A stretch of DNA of 24,814 bases from Bugula neritina (Eukaryota; Animalia; Bryozoa). Shown in pieces: positions 12,701 to 21,700 of the stretch. The notes under the pieces are model-generated. The model was not told the origin of the DNA. It did not search any database and was given only the letters and a program-made list of their open reading frames with translations. The translations under genes were made by a program, and so were the position numbers. Positions within the stretch are counted from its first letter, which is position 1. Every line of letters begins with the position of its first letter. The stretch spans positions 1 through 24,814 of the forward strand of contig CAXIUT010000016.1 of the NCBI GenBank assembly GCA_964035545.1. Reading direction: 5' to 3'.

Positions 12701-15700
12701 ACTTGAAAGTAGTAGGATACCAGTTCATGGCATCACCACTGTATGAGTTAGCTGATCTATTGAGCACGTTCAACTTGAACTGAGACTAGAAGCCGTGATG
12801 TGTAATTTCTAAATTTTAGAACTTAGAAGAAAGAATCAACTTATTATCAGCTTCAGAATCTTTTAAGAAGAAGAGAGTTGAAGTTTTCATCTAAGGCGAT
12901 GATGATGTGTTGTAGTTGGAGTGGTTTGAACCTGAAGAGTTGGTGTAGTTGGCATAGGTGGAGTTAGTGTGGTTGAAGTTGGAGTGGTTTGAACCTGAAG
13001 AGTTGGTGTAGTTGGTGTAGGTCGAGTTAGTGTGGTTGTAGTTGGAGTGGTTTGAACCTGAAGAGTTGGTGTAGTTGGCATAGGTGGAGTTAGTGTGGTT
13101 GTAGTTGGAGTGGTTTGAACCTGAAGAGTTGGTGTAGTTGGTGTAGGTCGAGTTAGTGTGGTTGTAGTTGGAGTGATTTGAACCTGAAGAGTTGGTGTAG
13201 TTGGCATAGGTGGAGTTAGTGTGGTTGTAGTTGGAGTGGTTTTGAACCCGAAGAGTTGGTGTAGTTGTTATAGGTTGAGTTAGGTGAAACTTGGTCACTT
13301 AGTGATCTATAAACCCATTCTTTGACAGCGTAAGTGCCATTCACAGTAGTATTGCAGAGAGTTAAGGGCTGTAAGTGGATATTCAGGATTGGGATCTATT
13401 CCAAGCTCTTTAAATGAGAGGACATCTGATAGATAAGAATTTGCATTTGTATTTGGGCTATTAGAGAAGTCATCAACAAGAATTCTTTCTCTCATAAAAA
13501 TGATTTCATTTTCTACTATTTAATAAGCTTGTTCTACAAGTTTTGAGTTGTCCAGTTGCTATAGTAAGTATCGTTCCTGACCAATATAAATCTTTCGTCC
13601 ATGACAAGTCGTGTAGCTGGTCTCCAACTAACATAAGAATTATTAACTGTCTTAAGGAAAAGTTCAGGTTCTCTGAAGTTGAGGTCATTAATCTTGTTTT
13701 GTATATAGTCTACTTTTTTGAACAACAAGTGTCTTTGAGTGACTGGCCTTTGGGTTGTCTCCTAGTAATAAGATGAATTTGAATAATTATATCTTTGGTA
13801 TGTGTAATTGTAAGTTTAATTAGTGTAGTTAAGACCAAAAGAAGTAAGTTCAGGAGAACACAACAAGTCGATGTCAATCCAAGGTCCATAATAGTTTTAT
13901 CCTTTGATTCCATTGACTTGAACCTTTTCAATGAAAATAAGATTAGCTCCATTATCATTGAAGACATAAATACTTAAGTTTGCCTAAAGAACTTTAGTGT
14001 AAGTATAATAAGTATCAATGACTTTTGTTTCAGTTGCATAGACTATAAGTCTTCCTGATGCTCCTTTGATTTTAAAATTTTGAAGATTTTCTGGGAAGGA
14101 AAAGAGAAGGCTAAAGTTTGCATAGTTTCTATTGAACTTATAGAGTTTGGATGAAGATACAAAGTAAATTAGATCTTAACTAGCAACTTAAGGATTCCAT
14201 TAAGAAGAAGAAGGAGGATTAACTGCAGACACATACATCCAGTTGGTGCTTGCTTGATAGAGAGTCATCTTTTATGTTGAGTTTGTTGAGTTTGAAGTAT
14301 AATTACTTGCATTATTCTTCTTTTCAGTGAAAGATATAAGCGAGCAGTCTTCATTTACCATGAACTCATTTTTTAAAATCATGTATAGCTCCATTATCCG
14401 AACTGAAAGTAGTCAAAGGGAAGGTTCCAAGGACAGTCAACCCAGTTTTATTCCACCTGAGAAGGGCCTATTTGTAAAGTTATTTCATCATAAATGACAG
14501 AACAACTAAGGCTATCATTAGAACTAACTACATAACGCCACCTACCAGAGTAAATCGTTTAATAAGTAGATAACTTGAAAGTAGTAGGATACCAGTTCAT
14601 GGCATCACCACTGTATGAGTTAGCTGATCTATTGAGCACGTTCAACTTGAACTGAGACTAGAAGCCGTGATGTGTAATTTCTAAATTTTAGAACTTAGAA
14701 GAAAGAATCAACTTATTATCAGCTTCAGAATCTTTTAAGAAGAAGAGAGTTGAAGTTTTCATCTAAGGCGATGATGATGTGTTGTAGTTGGAGTGATTTG
14801 AACCTGAAGAGTTGGTGTAGTTGGCATAGGTGGAGTTAGTGTGGTTGTAGTTGGAGTGGTTTGAACCTGAAGAGTTGGTGTAGTTGGTGTAGGTCGAGTT
14901 AGTGTGGTTGTAGTTGGAGTGATTTGAACCTGAAGAGTTGGTGTAGTTGGCATAGGTGGAGTTAGTGTGGTTGTAGTTGGAGTGGTTTGAACCTGAAGAG
15001 TTGGTGTAGTTGGCATAGGTGGAGTTAGTGTGGTTGTAGTTGGAGTGGTTTGAACCCGAAGAGTTGGTGTAGTTGTTATAGGTTGAGTTAGGTGAAACTT
15101 GGTCACTTAGTGATCTATAAACCCATTCTTTGACAGCGTAAGTGCCATTCACAGTAGTATTGCAGAGAGTTAAGGCTGTAAGTGGATATTCAGGATTGGG
15201 ATCTATTCCAAGCTCTTTAAATGAGAGGACATCTGATAGATAAGAATTTGCATTTGTATTTGGGCTATTAGAGAAGTCATCAACAAGAATTCTTTCTCTC
15301 ATAAAAATGATTTCATTTTCTACTATTTAATAAGCTTGTTCTACAAGTTTTTGAGTTGTCCAGTTGCTATAGTAAGTATCGTTCCTGACCAATATAAATC
15401 TTTCGTCCATGACAAGTCGTGTAGCTGGTCTCCAACTAACATAAGAATTATTAACTGTCTTAAGGAAAAGTTCAGGTTCTCTGAAGTTGAGGTCATTAAT
15501 CTTGTTTTGTATATAGTCTACTTTTTTGAACAACAAGTGTCTTTGAGTGACTGGCCTTTGGGTTGTCTCCTAGTAATAAGATGAATTTGAATAATTATAT
15601 CTTTGGTATGTGTAATTGTAAGTTTAATTAGTGTAGTTAAGACCAAAAGAAGTAAGTTCAGGAGAACACAACAAGTCGATATCAATCCAAGGTCCATAAT

Positions 15701-18700
15701 AGTTTTATCCTTTGATTCCATTGACTTGAACCTTTTCAATGAAAATAAGATTAGCTCCATTATCATTGAAGACATAAATACTTAAGTTTGCCTAAAGAAC
15801 TTTAGTGTAAGTATAATAAGTATCAATGACTTTTGTTTCAGTTGCATAGACTATAAGTCTTCCTGATGCTCCTTTGATTTTAAAATTTTGAAGATTTTCT
15901 GGGAAGGAAAAGAGAAGGCTAAAGTTTGCATAGTTTCTATTGAACTTATAGAGTTTGGATGAAGATACAAAGTAAATTAGATCTTAACTAGCAACTTAAG
16001 GATTCCATTAAGAAGAAGAAGGAGGATTAACTGCAGACACATACATCCAGTTGGTGCTTGCTTGATAGAGAGTCATCTTTTATGTTGAGTTTGTTGAGTT
16101 TGAAGTATAATTACTTGCATTATTCTTCTTTTCAGTGAAAGATATAAGCGAGCAGTCTTCATTTACCATGAACTCATTTTTAAAATCATGTATAGCTCCA
16201 TTATCCGAACTGAAAGTAGTCAAAGGGAAGGTTCCAAGGACAGTCAACCCAGTTTTATTCCACCTGAGAAGGCCTATTTGTAAAGTTATTTCATCATAAA
16301 TGACAGAACAACTAAGGCTATCATTAGAACTAACTACATAACGCCACCTACCAGAGTAAATCGTTTAATAAGTAGATAACTTGAAAGTAGTAGGATACCA
16401 GTTCATGGCATCACCACTGTATGAGTTAGCTGATCTATTGAGCACGTTCAACTTGAACTGAGACTAGAAGCCGTGATGTGTAATTTCTAAATTTTAGAAC
16501 TTAGAAGAAAGAATCAACTTATTATCAGCTTCAGAATCTTTTAAGAAGAAGAGAGTTGAAGTTTTCATCTAAGGCGATGATGATGTGTTGTAGTTGGAGT
16601 GGTTTGAACCTGAAGAGTTGGTGTAGTTGGTGTAGGTGGAGTTAGTGTGGTTGTAGTTGGAGTGGTTTGAACCTGAAGAGTTGGTGTAGCTGGTGTAGGT
16701 GGAGTTAGTGTGGTTGTAGTTGGAGTGGTTTGAGCCTGAAGAGTTGGTGTAGTTGTTATAGGTGGAGTTAGTGTGGTTGTAGTTGGAGTGGTTTGAACCC
16801 GAAGAGTTGGTGTAGTTGTTATAGGTTGAGTTAGGTGAAACTTGGTCACTTAGTGATCTATAAACCCATTCTTTGACAGCGTAAGTGCCATTCACAGTAG
16901 TATTGCAGAGAGTTAAGGCTGTAAGTGGATATTCAGGATTGGGATCTATTCCAAGCTCTTTAAATGAGAGGACATCTGATAGATAAGAATTTGCATTTGT
17001 ATTTGGGCTATTAGAGAAGTCATCAACAAGAATTCTTTCTCTCATAAAAATGATTTCATTTTCTACTATTTAATAAGCTTGTTCTACAAGTTTTTGAGTT
17101 GTCCAGTTGCTATAGTAAGTATCGTTCCTGACCAATATAAATCTTTCGTCCATGACAAGTCGTGTAGCTGGTCTCCAACTAACATAAGAATTATTAACTG
17201 TCTTAAGGAAAAGTTCAGGTTCTCTGAAGTTGAGGTCATTAATCTTGTTTTGTATATAGTCTACTTTTTTGAACAACAAGTGTCTTTGAGTGACTGGCCT
17301 TTGGGTTGTCTCCTAGTAATAAGATGAATTTGAATAATTATATCTTTGGTATGTGTAATTGTAAGTTTAATTAGTGTAGTTAAGACCAAAAGAAGTAAGT
17401 TCAGGAGAACACAACAAGTCGATGTCAATCCAAGGTCCATAATAGTTTTATCCTTTGATTCCATTGACTTGAACCTTTTCAATGAAAATAAGATTAGCTC
17501 CATTATCATTGAAGACATAAATACTTAAGTTTGCCTAAAGAACTTTAGTGTAAGTATAATAAGTATCAATGACTTTTGTTTCAGTTGCATAGACTATAAG
17601 TCTTCCTGATGCTCCTTTGATTTTAAAATTTTGAAGATTTTCTGGGAAGGAAAAGAGAAGGCTAAAGTTTGCATAGTTTCTATTGAACTTATAGAGTTTG
17701 GATGAAGATACAAAGTAAATTAGATCTTAACTAGCAACTTAAGGATTCCATTAAGAAGAAGAAGGAGGATTAACTGCAGACACATACATCCAGTTGGTGC
17801 TTGCTTGATAGAGAGTCATCTTTTATGTTGAGTTTGTTGAGTTTGAAGTATAATTACTTGCATTATTCTTCTTTTCAGTGAAAGATATAAGCGAGCAGTC
17901 TTCATTTACCATGAACTCATTTTTAAAATCATGTATAGCTCCATTATCCGAACTGAAAGTAGTCAAAGGGAAGGTTCCAAGGACAGTCAACCCAGTTTTA
18001 TTCCACCTGAGAAGGCCTATTTGTAAAGTTATTTCATCATAAATGACAGAACAACTAAGGCTATCATTAGAACTAACTACATAACGCCACCTACCAGAGT
18101 AAATCGTTTAATAAGTAGATAACTTGAAAGTAGTAGGATACCAGTTCATGGCATCACCACTGTATGAGTTAGCTGATCTATTGAGCACGTTCAACTTGAA
18201 CTGAGACTAGAAGCCGTGATGTGTAATTTCTAAATTTTAGAACTTAGAAGAAAGAATCAACTTATTATCAGCTTCAGAATCTTTTAAGAAGAAGAGAGTT
18301 GAAGTTTTCATCTAAGGCGATGATGATGTGTTGTAGTTGGAGTGATTTGAACCTGAAGAGTTGGTGTAGTTGGTGTAGGTGGAGTTAGTGTGGTTGTAGT
18401 TGGAGTGGTTTGAACCTGAAGAGTTGGTGTAGTTGGTGTAGGTCGAGTTAGTGTGGTTGTAGTTGGAGTGATTTGAACCTGAAGAGTTGGTGTAGTTGGT
18501 GTAGGTGGAGTTAGTGTGGTTGTAGTTGGAGTGGTTTGAACCTGAAGAGTTGGTGTAGTTGGTGTAGGTCGAGTTAGTGTGGTTGTAGTTGGAGTGGTTT
18601 GAACCCGAAGAGTTGGTGTAGTTGTTATAGGTTGAGTTAGGTGAAACTTGGTCACTTAGTGATCTATAAACCCATTCTTTGACAGCGTAAGTGCCATTCA

Positions 18701-21700
18701 CAGTAGTATTGCAGAGAGTTAAGGCTGTAAGTGGATATTCAGGATTGGGATCTATTCCAAGCTCTTTAAATGAGAGGACATCTGATAGATAAGAATTTGC
18801 ATTTGTATTTGGGCTATTAGAGAAGTCATCAACAAGAATTCTTTCTCTCATAAAAATGATTTCATTTTCTACTATTTAATAAGCTTGTTCTACAAGTTTT
18901 TGAGTTGTCCAGTTGCTATAGTAAGTATCGTTCCTGACCAATATAAATCTTTCGTCCATGACAAGTCGTGTAGCTGGTCTCCAACTAACATAAGAATTAT
19001 TAACTGTCTTAAGGAAAAGTTCAGGTTCTCTGAAGTTGAGGTCATTAATCTTGTTTTGTATATAGTCTACTTTTTTGAACAACAAGTGTCTTTGAGTGAC
19101 TGGCCTTTGGGTTGTCTCCTAGTAATAAGATGAATTTGAATAATTATATCTTTGGTATGTGTAATTGTAAGTTTAATTAGTGTAGTTAAGACCAAAAGAA
19201 GTAAGTTCAGGAGAACACAACAAGTCGATGTCAATCCAAGGTCCATAATAGTTTTATCCTTTGATTCCATTGACTTGAACCTTTTCAATGAAAATAAGAT
19301 TAGCTCCATTATCATTGAAGACATAAATACTTAAGTTTGCCTAAAGAACTTTAGTGTAAGTATAATAAGTATCAATGACTTTTGTTTCAGTTGCATAGAC
19401 TATAAGTCTTCCTGATGCTCCTTTGATTTTAAAATTTTGAAGATTTTCTGGGAAGGAAAAGAGAAGGCTAAAGTTTGCATAGTTTCTATTGAACTTATAG
19501 AGTTTGGATGAAGATACAAAGTAAATTAGATCTTAACTAGCAACTTAAGGATTCCATTAAGAAGAAGAAGGAGGATTAACTGCAGACACATACATCCAGT
19601 TGGTGCTTGCTTGATAGAGAGTCATCTTTTATGTTGAGTTTGTTGAGTTTGAAGTATAATTACTTGCATTATTCTTCTTTTCAGTGAAAGATATAAGCGA
19701 GCAGTCAGTCTTCATTTACCATGAACTCATTTTTAAAATCATGTATAGCTCCATTATCCGAACTGAAAGTAGTCAAAGGGAAGGTTCCAAGGACAGTCAA
19801 CCCAGTTTTATTCCACCTGAGAAGGCCTATTTGTAAAGTTATTTCATCATAAATGACAGAACAACTAAGGCTATCATTAGAACTAACTACATAACGCCAC
19901 CTACCAGAGTAAATCGTTTAATAAGTAGATAACTTGAAAGTAGTAGGATACCAGTTCATGGCATCACCACTGTATGAGTTAGCTGATCTATTGAGCACGT
20001 TCAACTTGAACTGAGACTAGAAGCCGTGATGTGTAATTTCTAAATTTTAGAACTTAGAAGAAAGAATCAACTTATTATCAGCTTCAGAATCTTTTAAGAA
20101 GAAGAGAGTTGAAGTTTTCATCTAAGGCGATGATGATGTGTTGTAGTTGGAGTGGTTTGAACCTGAAGAGTTGGTGTAGTTGGTGTAGGTGGAGTTAGTG
20201 TGGTTGTAGTTGGAGTGGTTTGAACCTGAAGAGTTGGTGTAGCTGGTGTAGGTGGAGTTAGTGTGGTTGTAGTTGGAGTGGTTTGAGCCTGAAGAGTTGG
20301 TGTAGTTGTTATAGGTGGAGTTAGTGTGGTTGTAGTTGGAGTGGTTTGAACCCGAAGAGTTGGTGTAGTTGTTATAGGTTGAGTTAGGTGAAACTTGGTC
20401 ACTTAGTGATCTATAAACCCATTCTTTGACAGCGTAAGTGCCATTCACAGTAGTATTGCAGAGAGTTAAGGCTGTAAGTGGATATTCAGGATTGGGATCT
20501 ATTCCAAGCTCTTTAAATGAGAGGACATCTGATAGATAAGAATTTGCATTTGTATTTGGGCTATTAGAGAAGTCATCAACAAGAATTCTTTCTCTCATAA
20601 AAATGATTTCATTTTCTACTATTTAATAAGCTTGTTCTACAAGTTTTTGAGTTGTCCAGTTGCTATAGTAAGTATCGTTCCTGACCAATATAAATCTTTC
20701 GTCCATGACAAGTCGTGTAGCTGGTCTCCAACTAACATAAGAATTATTAACTGTCTTAAGGAAAAGTTCAGGTTCTCTGAAGTTGAGGTCATTAATCTTG
20801 TTTTGTATATAGTCTACTTTTTTGAACAACAAGTGTCTTTGAGTGACTGGCCTTTGGGTTGTCTCCTAGTAATAAGATGAATTTGAATAATTATATCTTT
20901 GGTATGTGTAATTGTAAGTTTAATTAGTGTAGTTAAGACCAAAAGAAGTAAGTTCAGGAGAACACAACAAGTCGATGTCAATCCAAGGTCCATAATAGTT
21001 TTATCCTTTGATTCCATTGACTTGAACCTTTTCAATGAAAATAAGATTAGCTCCATTATCATTGAAGACATAAATACTTAAGTTTGCCTAAAGAACTTTA
21101 GTGTAAGTATAATAAGTATCAATGACTTTTGTTTCAGTTGCATAGACTATAAGTCTTCCTGATGCTCCTTTGATTTTAAAATTTTGAAGATTTTCTGGGA
21201 AGGAAAAGAGAAGGCTAAAGTTTGCATAGTTTCTATTGAACTTATAGAGTTTGGATGAAGATACAAAGTAAATTAGATCTTAACTAGCAACTTAAGGATT
21301 CCATTAAGAAGAAGAAGGAGGATTAACTGCAGACACATACATCCAGTTGGTGCTTGCTTGATAGAGAGTCATCTTTTATGTTGAGTTTGTTGAGTTTGAA
21401 GTATAATTACTTGCATTATTCTTCTTTTCAGTGAAAGATATAAGCGAGCAGTCTTCATTTACCATGAACTCATTTTTAAAATCATGTATAGCTCCATTAT
21501 CCGAACTGAAAGTAGTCAAAGGGAAGGTTCCAAGGACAGTCAACCCAGTTTTATTCCACCTGAGAAGGCCTATTTGTAAAGTTATTTCATCATAAATGAC
21601 AGAACAACTAAGGCTATCATTAGAACTAACTACATAACGCCACCTACCAGAGTAAATCGTTTAATAAGTAGATAACTTGAAAGTAGTAGGATACCAGTTC

